Assembly: GCA_016748015.1 (NCBI GenBank)
Contig: JAAOMT010000031.1
Location: forward strand, 62,001 to 126,000
Length of the DNA stretch: 64,000 nt
Source: Geosiphon pyriformis uo1
Taxonomy: Eukaryota; Fungi; Glomeromycota
Direction: 5' to 3'
The notes beneath the pieces are model-generated. The model saw nothing but the letters and a program-made list of their open reading frames with translations, was not told where the DNA came from and did no database searches. Numbering within the stretch: position 1 is the stretch's first letter; the number at the start of each line of letters is the position of its first letter. Position numbers and translations under genes: made by a program. Positions 35,746 through 46,838 of this stretch are shown here, in pieces.

Positions 35746-38700
35746 GTGGCGACCACACCAGATGCAACAACTCTAGAGTATTACCAATCAATTTACACCC
35801 ACTGCAAGCAAAGATTCAACATTCCAGACGGAATTGAAGTTGTCAAGAAATCAGTATACCAATATATTAAAAACTGCATCAACAATTATATTTTTGGAAA
35901 TTACAATATCTCAGAAGTTAGAAGCAACTTTTACAATAATTTAATACACTATTCACAATTGAGAACTGAAGATCTTAACAGTGAAACACTTGCCACTTAC
36001 TTTCAAGAACTAAATTTTAACATTATCAAATACTGTGAAGAAACATATCCAGTGCAGTCTCAATACCTCATTGATTTTAAATCAGAGACAGAAACAAGCA
36101 ACAAAGGCAAACAAAAATTGAAACAATACTCAAAAACCACCCCAAATACCCCAATACTACCAAAAACAACTGCCAAACACTTACAAACACCTGAACAAGG
36201 AACCAGTTCAAAACTTCTACTTACTATCACACTTTTTCTAGCTTTACTTGCATAAGCACAAACACCTAATTCATCTTTAACATCACCCAGAAGTCCCACC
36301 AGACAACAAGAACCCCTTCAAACTAGTTCTAATCTCCTTGACTTTCTAGCTGAAAATCGAAATGAACACTCTGAAACAGCAGCGAACGAAGAAAACAACT
36401 CTGAAATATCTGAAGAAGAATTAATAGACAGTGAAAACGAAGAAGACAAAATGACAACATACATTGCAAAAATCTCTGAATTCAATGGAGAAGACATTGA
36501 GACCATTCCCCAAGAATGGCTCGACCAAGTTACTAAAGCTGGAGATGCAAATGGATGGAATGCTGCCAGAATGTTAAGAACAATTCTCTACTTTGTCAAA
36601 GGAACAGCAGGCGAATGGTTTGAAAACTTGACCACCCCTTTTAATGACTGGACAGCTTTCAAAACTGCCTTCTTAGAACAATTCACCAATAACAACACCT
36701 CAATCACTCTTTGAAATCGTTTTTACAATATCAAACAAGAATCCTCCGAATCTGTTATGACTTATATTGGGAAATTCAACAAACTTCTCAGACAAATTTG
36801 CCAACTTGAAACTAATAATTATTATTCCGATGCTCAAATTTTGGATCAATTTATTGCTGGTCTAAAAGATAAGCTAATTAAAAAGATTCACCCACATGCC
36901 CCAAAAGATTTAAACTCTGTCATACAGCATGCAAAAAGATATGAAATGGCCATGGAAGAGGCCAATCACACAAAACTTGTAAATTTGGCAATTGGAGAAA
37001 CCAGCTCAGCAGCTGAAGAAAAAATTGACCAACTCACAAAGAAGGTTGAAAACTATTTCACCAATCAACAACAACAGCAACTCCAAAGATATCAACCACC
37101 CCAAAGACAAAATCAAAATAACTTTGCACCACTTTTTAATAACCAGTCTCAGAATTGCCATTACTGTGGAATCTCTGGCCACTGGAAAAAAGATTGCAGA
37201 AAGCTACAACGAGACCAACAAAATAGGAGTAATCAACATTACTCTCCACTACAGCAATCTTATTATCAACCACCACTACCAACTTACTATTCATCAAGAC
37301 CCCAATACCCAAGTAACTATTATCAGCCCACCCCACAGCCAATCCAACAGCAATACCAACTACCACCCACACAACATTATTAAGTATCTGCTCGAAGACT
37401 GATTACACAAAATCAATTCACACCACAAAACCAATACCAAGTAAACAACAATAGAATCAGTTTGAACAACCAATTGGTTCTCCGAAATTCCACTCAACCA
37501 AAACCCAACCACTATCACACTCAACCCAGCTATTTAACAATGCCAGAAGAACAGAATTCTTACCATACTGCACTCTTGGAAGGTAGAGCTACAGCACAAC
37601 AACAAAATCTTTTTTATAATCACACTACTATTCCACCAGTCAGAATTGCTGAAAACACCAATTTCTCTAATATATTTTCTTTCGAATTTGAAGCAAATGA
37701 ATCACCATTCTTGCTTAGCAGTGCAGCGGCTAATAAGCAAAAAGCAATCACTGCAATATACACAGAAGCTGAAACAGAAAAAAAGCTAATTCACTTGATC
37801 CTAGACAGTGGATCCGCTAGAAGTATTATCACTTACCAGTTGATGCAACAGTTAAAAAAAAATGTTGACTGACTAGCTCAAACAGTAATTGTCATTGCTG
37901 ATGGCATGAAAAAGACTCCAGTAGGGGAAATTGACAATTTTCTATTCACTCTCAATGGAATCACCATTCCAGTCAAAGTTCTTGTAATGGATGCTCTCCA
38001 GTATCAAGCCCTTGTTGGAAACGACTGGCTTCAAAAAGCCAATACAAAATTAGACTGGAAAACCCAAGAGCTACAAATCTCTTACCAAGGACAACATGCC
38101 CGAGTACCTGTCACTTGTAGTACATTCAACAAATGCTCTGAAAAAGCCCCAGCTTTTGAATTCGAACTGGAAGAAGAAAAACCCATCATTAAAACATTTA
38201 TGGCACTTGGATCAACCTCCAATTGGGCCAATAAAACTGAACAACAGTACTTTTCAAATGATTCTCTTGAAACAAAAAAACCAGTGACAACCAGATGAAA
38301 TGTTCTCTATTTAAAACCAGAACCACAAAAACAACACCTCTACATTCCACTCAAATGCAAAGACTGCCACAAGAAACTCTCCTCAATGGAAGCCTGCATT
38401 TCACCTGAAGAAAAATATGAAAATCATACTTGTTATTACTGCAAGGCTTGCCATAGAGAATGATGGAGCCATCTAATAAAAAGAAGTGGAAAATAGGACA
38501 ACACTCCTTGTTTGATTTGTGAAGATATGCTACCAGAAGAATACAATTGGATTGATGTAGCAATGAGAGGAGGAGTCTGCGATCAAACCTGCCAATATGC
38601 TTTATCAATTTCAGAAAAAGTCAAAAGAGGAACACCTTTTAATGCAGCATACAACAGTGCTCTCAACAAACTTTATCATTACCCCCATGATGTTGAGATG

Positions 38701-41144
38701 ATTTTTGACCTAGCAATGGCATTAATTAATAGAGCTACTAAAAAAGATGTCCGTCAAATGAAAGAAGCAAAATACATTGAATACACCATGGAATTAGCTG
38801 GATTTGATTATGAAAATAAAGTAAAAGTTTACCACCAAATCACAAGTCACACCTACCCAACCCAAGAAGCTCAAATTCAACGATTAGAGCAAATAAACAT
38901 TAGGCTATGTAAAAAATGCATTATGCCTTGTGATAAAAAGTGGTGTTTTGAATGCTATGCTCTTAGCATTTCTCTGCCCAGTAAAAATAATGAAAATGAA
39001 ATTGAATTCAGAGAACCTGAAGCAACAAAAAAAATTGGAGCAACACCCATCTATCTCATCAAAAATCAGTCTGCCTTGCAATTCAAATACTTCAACAACA
39101 ACGGATAAGGAATAAAACCTGAGAAAGCACATGAAATTAATGCTGGATATGACCTAAGATATCCAGACAAAAATACTCTTGTTCTTAAACCCAAATCTCT
39201 CACAAAAATCAACCTCAAAATTGCTTTTAAAATTCCACCAGGAGCAATAATTCAAAGAGAACAATTGGAAAAAAGTGAAAAAGGAACCAATGGTTTTGGT
39301 TTAACTGGACGATTCACAGTTCCAGTAAACATAGCTCTTAATGAACAAAGTGAATCTCACCAGATTCTACAACTTTCACAACCAATTACTATTTCACCCT
39401 TTGGAGAACATCTGGAAATCTACACCTGCCTAAAGCTAATAACTACACAACAAATTTTTGAGTCCAATGAACAAATCTGCTTGGAACATAAAATCTTGAT
39501 TCCAAACATTTATATTCCAGAAGGAACAAAAAAAGTCTGAGTTACTTTTTACAATCCCAACAATTATCCCATAGTTTTATTAAATAACTTAGAAATTGGA
39601 GTTATTCACAATAATATCTTTCAACAAGAATTACCCCAAACAGTTTCTGATTTCCCTGAAATTATTGGACATTTACTACCAAAAATCAACCCAAAACCCA
39701 GCTCTAAAAACTACCATATTGTCATAGAAAAACTATCTCGAATCAACATGAGACAACTTGAATCACAACAACAAAACCAGCTCAAAGAGCTAATTGCAGA
39801 ATTTGCTGATATCTTTGCTGAAAACAATAATGACTTAGGAAGAACCGATTTGGTTCAACACTAAATCTATACAGGAGATGCCAAACCAAGACAACAACAA
39901 GCCTACTGAGTTGCTCTAAAAAGCCACCAATTTATCAGAGAAGAAGTACAACAGATGCTTAACAATGGGCTTATTTAACCATTGATGAGTCCATGGGCTT
40001 TACCTGTGGTCCTAGTTAAAATGAAAAGATACGATTTTGTGTTAATTATCAACAATTCAATACTATTACCATTGGTGATGCCTACCTTCTTCCCTGAATT
40101 GATAACATGTTAGATGCCCTTGGGAAGTCCAAATACTTTTCAACATTAGATCTAAAAAGCGAATACTGGCAAGTTGCCATGGACCCCAAAGATCGTCCCA
40201 AGACAGCCTTTACAACTCAAGAAAGAAACTACGAATTCAATGTAATGCCTTTCGGATTATGCAACACACCAGCAACATTTCAGAGATTAATAAATATTGT
40301 ATACAAAGGACTCCTTTGGAAGTCAGTAGTTGTTTATTTTGACAATACAGATGTTTATTCTCCATCATTCAAATTACACTTAAAACACCTGCGAGAAGTT
40401 TTTCAACGATTATGAAAAGCAGGATTAAAATTAAACATCAAAAAATGTCATTTTGGAAAAACAAGTTTGGCCTTTCTTGGCCACATAGTTAGTAAAGAAG
40501 GAGTCAAACCAGACCCAGGAAAAATTGGTGCTGTCAAGAACTTCAAGACTCCACAAAATACCACAGAATTGAGAGGATTTATTGGATTAGCTTCTTATTA
40601 CCGAAAATTCATTAAAGGATTCTCAGAAATCGCAAAACCTCTCAACCAGCTCACTACTAAAAACGTCGAATACAAATGGACAAAAAAACACCAAAAAGCT
40701 TTTGAAATTCTCAAGGAAAAGCTAACAACAGCTCCAATTTTCGCCTACCCAGACTTCAGTAACTGATTCCAACTAGCTACAAATGCTTCTTATACTGTCT
40801 TTGGTGCCATTTTATTACAATTAGATGACAACAGAAATGAGCGAGTAATTGTTTATGCTAGCAGAACATTAAAACCAGCTGAGAAAAACTACTCTGCTAC
40901 AGAAATAGAAACAGCAGCCATAATCTGGGCGCTACATCACTTCAATTTTTATCTCAGGCCTAAAGAATTCGATATTATTACTGATAATATTGGACTCAAA
41001 TGGCTTCAGAACAAAAATACTCAGCTGAATGTAAAACAAACCCAATGGACAGGATTTCTAGCAAACTATTAATACATAGTACATTACAAACCAAGAAAAC
41101 TCCACACCAATGTTGACTGTCTCTCCAGAATGAGACAAGATTAG
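35746..41144 (+). pseudogene. gag-PR-Cys-rich-dUTPase(deleted)-RT-RNase H polyprotein
   Basis: ORF pieces at 35701, 36451, 36757, 37462, 37906, 38512 and 39265 are all in one frame. CHYCGISGHWKKDC knuckle, LILDSGSA, RT 40107-40766. TAG at 41142. Confidence 0.93.
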
Positions 41145-41195
41145 AAAACACAAAAACCAACACTCAACTTAACCAACCAAAACAGCCAACAAACA

Positions 41196-42581
41196 ATGAA
41201 TTCGGAAAACTACAACAATCTCAAACAATATTTGGAAACATTAACAATCCCAACAGATTGGTCTCCAGATGAAAAACATTGACTACAACAACAAGCCAAA
41301 CAATATTTTCTACACAACAACATTATTTATCATCGAAATTTCAAAAACCCAGACAAACCACTCAGATTAATACAAGAACAAGAAAAAGAGACTATATTAT
41401 ACAACATGCACTCAGATCCTTTATCAGCACACTTCGGAAAAGACAGCACCACTCAAAGAACACTAGAATACTACTTTTGGCCTCAAATGAGAAAAAACAT
41501 TCACGAATATGTCGAATCTTGTGATAGTTGTTAAAGAAGAGAAGGAACATGCCCTACTGAACCATTAAATCCAATCAAAGTTGGACAACCCTTCGACCAA
41601 GTTGGTATCAATTTAGTCGGACCACTATCTATCACCATTCAAGAAAACCATTATATTGCAGTAGCTGTAGACTATCTTACTAAATGGCCTGAAGCCAGAG
41701 CCATTCAACAAGCGGATGCAAAATCAGTAGCAAATTTCATCTATGAAGACATCATTTGTAGACATGGATATCCAATTGAACTTTTATTTGATCAGAAAAC
41801 ACACTTTGTGAACAACCTGATACAAGAAATTTGCGAATGATTTAATGTCAAAAGACCTCTGTCTTCACCCTACCATCCACAAACAAACAGACTTGTAGAA
41901 CGTTTTAACAGAACATTGTGTAAGTCATTAGCCAAAGTCTTAACCAATTTTGAGCAAGAGTGGGATATCTTTATTCCATCAATGTTACTAGCATATAGGA
42001 CACTAAAACAAGATACCATAAAACATACACCATTTGATTTAACTTATAGAAGGACAGCAATGTTACCAATTAGTTTCACAGTGGAAACATACCCAGCACA
42101 ACCAATCAATAAAAACAATTTCCAGGAAATACTACAATGAAAAGCCTACACTCTGCTTAGCACATTGGAAAGAAAACAACAAATAGCAGCAACTTATATT
42201 GAACATTCTCAATCTCAACAAAAAGAAAGACATGATAACAAATTACTACCTATTACCAACGAATTTAAAGTTGGAAATAAAGTTCTCTTACACAGAACTA
42301 AAGCTAAAAAACAATGGAGTGGAAAATTTGAAAATAAATGGGATGGATCATTCTTTATCCATAAAATTTTAGGCAATGGATCATACAAGCTAAGACTTGA
42401 TAACAAAATCCTAGCAAAAGTTCCACATGGAGATCATTTGAAACACTATAATTCCAGAAACAATCCTGAACCATTAATTCCACAAATTGGTACACATTCT
42501 CCTTTAATTAATCCCAAAAACATTCCCTGAAATTTAGAACTAATAGTTGTTATTAAACAACCTCCCAACTTAAATGCTTAA
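41196..42581 (+). pseudogene. Integrase ORF
   Basis: ATG 41196 (MNSENYNNLKQYL). HHCC, SPYHPQTN, KWDGSF...GSYKL. No chromodomain. Confidence 0.9.
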
Positions 42582-42700
42582 TTTAAATTTATTATAGTTA
42601 TCTTCTTATAATTTAGAAACAATCTCACAAAAACAAAACAAAAATAACATAAAAACCCATACACCAAAAATAATTTTCTTTTATTTTCAAATCTCTTATA

Positions 42701-43420
42701 ATGACTATTCCTCAAAACATTCAACAATTATCCCAAAAACTAATGTTAGCTTTAAAAAAAATACCCGAATTATCCATTACTATCACTGGAAAACATATTA
42801 ATTATACCCAAACAGAAATAGTTACAAATCTAGTTCCAAATTCACGAAAGTATCATCCTTATAGAAAGAACACAAGAAGTTATTCTGAAATTCATTTACC
42901 AGAACTTTTGAAGCTTGCTTTAAGAGAAAATTTATTGCTCACTCCTATTAGTATTCCACCAAATGCTACTATTCAACAAAAACTTCAACTGTGTCTTAAT
43001 AAAGAAAATAGCAAATACTCTCCAATATATAGATATTTTTATATTGGAAAAACACTTTATGAGCAAAAACTAAAGCTTACAGCAGCAAACCTCACAAAAG
43101 AAGCTATTCGGAAACAACTCCACAACAAATTCAAGACAACAGCTGGGCCTACAAACAGTTGTTATAAACTAAGAACTGCTCTTAGACTTTATGACCTATT
43201 CCACACCTGTGAAAACGTCCTACAAAACCCAATTTTACAGCCTTTGAAAATTCAATACATTGGAAAGCTCACAGAACTGAAATTTCAACAATTTTCAGAC
43301 CAAATTTCTTCAATAATTTTGGATTATTATCTGGAAATTACAGACAGTACTTGGACTTCAACAGAGCTCAGTCTTGAGGAAAAGGTTATATTACCAGACA
43401 AAATTAGAGATATTGTTTAG
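42701..43420 (+). CDS. ORF3, 239-aa unknown retroelement accessory protein (open frame)
   Basis: Uninterrupted ATG-to-TAG frame running through the PPT into the 3' LTR. Homologues at the same position in every copy. Confidence 0.8.
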   Translation: MTIPQNIQQLSQKLMLALKKIPELSITITGKHINYTQTEIVTNLVPNSRKYHPYRKNTRSYSEIHLPELLKLALRENLLLTPISIPPNATIQQKLQLCLNKENSKYSPIYRYFYIGKTLYEQKLKLTAANLTKEAIRKQLHNKFKTTAGPTNSCYKLRTALRLYDLFHTCENVLQNPILQPLKIQYIGKLTELKFQQFSDQISSIILDYYLEITDSTWTSTELSLEEKVILPDKIRDIV

Positions 43421-44299
43421 CATAAAATTACCCTTATAAATCTTATCATTAATTAGCATATATTATCATTTCAAATTATCACTTATTACATTAGCAAAAT
43501 ATCTGAAATTATCATTTAATTAATAACTCAATTTGTACATAACACAAATATAACCTAATTACGATGATCAATCATACAATACCCCGAACTATGTAAACAT
43601 TCAAAAAGTTCACCGAAATGTATCTTTAGTTCAGCAAAATTATAGAAAATAGCAAAGTTCAAGTTCATAGAATAGTGTTACGACAAGTTGTATAAAAGAA
43701 GAGCTTCTCTCTTCGAGGAAATATATCTTGCTTCAGATTCAATAATTAGAATCATTCTTTATACCCAAAAAACAAAATAAATATCAAATAAATTCGAAAA
43801 AAAAAACCAAATTTTTAATTATTTCCCTTGAAATTAACCAATTCCTACTAACAGTTTGAAATTGATTAGCTACCAATTTCAATAGACTGTTAAAACACTT
43901 CCAGGTCTGGATCTGAAATGACTTCTATAAAATCATCAGTTTTACTTTTTTTTATATTTCTTTTATTCTCTTTTTTTTCTTATTATAAATTATTTGAGTA
44001 GCCTACAGACGAGAATTCCTGTAGAAGAGTTGACTTTCACAGCAAAGTAACTATACATTTTTAGTGAGCTTCCAGACAAGCAATTCCTGAGAAAGAGTTG
44101 ACATTTAATACAACATAACTATACAAGTAACTGGCATGGAATTGGCCATTCCACTTATAAGTCCAGCAGTTCAAATTATAGAAGATAATTTGAAGATAAA
44201 TTCAGTTACTGGAGGTTCAACCACATCCAGAAAACATGAATTCACAGCAAACAGGCATTAACAACATTGAAGAAAAGAGACCAAAAACCTCCAATAACC
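43389..44299 (+). repeat. 3' LTR, family A
   Basis: Repeat of 34707-35699, lacking ~80 bp of U3 repeats. Confidence 0.95.
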
Positions 44300-45280
44300 C
44301 CGTATTGGAATCGATTTAGTCAGACCATTGACAATTACCAGCAGAGGCAACAGATATATTGCAGTAGCCATGAACTATCTTACTAAATGGCCAGAAGCCA
44401 ATCCAATTCAAAGAGCGGATGCAGAATCCATTGCCAAATTCGTTCATCAAGATCTGATTTGTCGACATAGATGTCCAAAAGAACTATTATCAGACCAAAG
44501 AACCCATTTTGTGAATAAAACATTAATAGAACTAAGCCAAAGATTCGGAATTAAGAGACCACTATCATCACCATACCATCCACAAACCAATGGATTAGTT
44601 GAAAGATTTAATAGAACATTGTGTGAAGCAATAGCAAAACTCAGCCAAGAAAATTAGGACAAATGAAATTTGTTCATATCATTAGTATTATTTGCTTATC
44701 AGACAATGAAGCAAGACACCACACAAGCAATACCATTTGAATTAATATATGGTAGAACAGCAACATTACCAATTGAGATAAAGGTTAACACATATCCAAC
44801 TGAACCAATAACAGAAGAGAATTTCCAAGAAACATTGTTAAGAAAAACATATGTCTTAATGGAAACATTGGAAAACAAATAAAGAAGAGCAGCTGATAAT
44901 ATACAAAAGTCACAAGAGAAACAAAAAAAAAGACATGATAATCAACTACCAAACAAACCAGTTGAATTCAAGATTGGAGACAAAGTACTCTTATATCATA
45001 CCAAAGCAGAAAAACAATGGAGTGAAAAATTCGACCCCAAATGGGATGAACCATTTCACATAGAAAAAATTCTAAGGAATGAAGCTTACAAATTAAGACT
45101 GGATAACAAAATCTTAATCAAAGCAGCACATGGAGATCGACTGAAACCATATCATAACATCATACCACCATTCACCAGTAATATTCCACAATTAAGAGTA
45201 CAGAAAATACTAGTCCAACCAGAGAAGATTCCACGAGATTTGGAACCAATCATCATCATTGACAACAACATGTTAATTAA
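44300..45280 (+). pseudogene. Integrase core and C-terminus of element 18863-46838
   Basis: LLSDQRTHF, SPYHPQTNGLVERFNRTL. Confidence 0.9.
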
Positions 45281-45334
45281 TCCATCAAAAGAATATATAA
45301 AGACATGGTAGACATAATAAGAAATATCAAAAAA

Positions 45335-45964
45335 ATGGAAATTACAAACAACATCCACTCACTAGCACAACAACTCTTTCAATTGATTCAACACTAAGAG
45401 ATGGAAATTACAATTAATCAACAAACCATCCAATATCAAGACACTAAAAAGACATTGCCATATAGAACACAGAAGAAAACAGAAAATACTATTGACAAAA
45501 TCATGGCGAAAGTAAAATTAGCAATAAAAGAGTCGACAAAAGAGTCACTATACCAAGAGTTGACTAAAAAAACTTGGAATTAGTGGATACAATAATTTCC
45601 AAGAAATTATTGTTATTTTTACTTGGAACAACACATAAATATCCAGAATCTATATATGGATAAAACAAAGTGATTATTCGACACCAGAATACTACAACAA
45701 TTAGAACATTTTGTAAGAAAGAACAACTTATCCACACAGGCCCAAGCCATATACTGAATACATACAGCATTTCACGATCAACCAGAAATCTTACTCAACA
45801 AAGCAATGAACACGGTTACCAATAATGAATTAAGAAAGATCACCAACACTCAATTTGAAAAATTACAGACTCAAATAACACAAGTAATTCTTGAAAATGA
45901 AATTCAAAAAATACTTCAAGAAGGGAAATTAACAGAGTTAGATTTCGACGGAGCTCAATATTAA
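45335..45964 (+). pseudogene. ORF3, family B
   Basis: 630 nt, ends LDFDGAQY*. Internal stops. Confidence 0.85.
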
Positions 45965-45977
45965 AAAGAGGAAATAA

Positions 45978-46838
45978 TATTACTCATAGAAATATAGAGA
46001 ATATATATTAGCATAGTTATTAGCCAATCAGAAGTAGACATAATAAAATGTGGAATTTCAGAATTCCTCTCAGGAATTGCAGAATTCCAGGAATTACAGG
46101 ATTTTTACAAGAAATCGCAGGATTCCAGAATTCCAGAATTCTTCTCAAAGAAATTGCAGGATTCCAGGAATTTCAGGATTCCTGTTGTAAAGAATTGAAG
46201 AATTGAGAAATCTCAATTATGTATATATAGCAGTAGGATTAAAAGCTAAAAAAAAGACCATCAAGTTTAGATTTTATCTAAACAACCTTTCAAACACAAT
46301 AAATAACTATTTGGTATCTCAAACCTAATTCTATTATCAACACTCTATGTTGATAGTAATTGATACTTAAACCCACTGAAACAATAGCTCTTGATTATGG
46401 TTATTAACGGGATACTGATTTGCAAAATCACCTTGGCTTATTTATGATTTTCTTTTATTTCTTTTCTTTATTTTATTTTTTGATTTTATTGTTGTGCACT
46501 AATTGGTTAAATAAAGTGCTAAATTACTGATGTCAAGAATTGTCTGGTAAAAGACCTCTGCAAGAGAGTAAGACACATACAGAAAATACAAAATACTTAC
46601 CAAAGGATTGCCGGCCATTATGCCAAGAGAAGAATTGACAGAATTGCAATTCTGGGAAGCTATGGATAAAACAACTATTGAATCTCTGTCTATTATACAA
46701 AGAACTCAAACCAAAACCTTCAGATACAAAACCTTCAAATACAAAATCTTCAGATTAATAACATCAATGCAAATAACTTTTAGCACCAAGTTATGGGTTT
46801 GTTATTTGATCCAACATCCCAAATAATCACTCATAACA
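45978..46838 (+). repeat. 3' LTR of element 18863-46838
   Basis: Preceded by PPT, followed by TSD CTGC. Confidence 0.92.

Larger units (their letters stand above)
34707..44299 (+). mobile_element. Family A full-length element (~9.6 kb), decayed
   Basis: LTRs 34707-35699 and 43389-44299. PBS 35702-35719, PPT ~43376-43388. TSD CTGC/CCGT. Confidence 0.95.
18863..46838 (+). mobile_element. Family B (U3 type 1) full-length element; hosts 22621-30851 and 34707-44299
   Basis: LTRs 18863-19708 and 45978-46838. TSD CTGC/CTGC. Coding sequence rejoins across both insertions (WEA|YQV, FDR|IGID). Confidence 0.93.

Noticed and set aside
36757-37872. Programmed gag-pol frameshift or read-through
   Set aside because: Gag, PR and downstream pieces are in one frame. 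The intervening stops (e.g. TAA 37381) are CAA in the sister copy, so they are decay.
41142-41195. Stop-codon read-through from RNase H into integrase (spacer is 51 nt and in frame here)
   Set aside because: Other copies have 46, 62, 61 and 31 nt spacers, so the frame is not conserved.
42300-42581. Chromodomain at the integrase C-terminus
   Set aside because: IN ends shortly after the GPF/SH3-like region, with no aromatic-cage chromodomain pattern.
42701-43420. ORF3 as an env gene
   Set aside because: No signal peptide, transmembrane helix or obvious furin/fusion-peptide pattern, and it is short.
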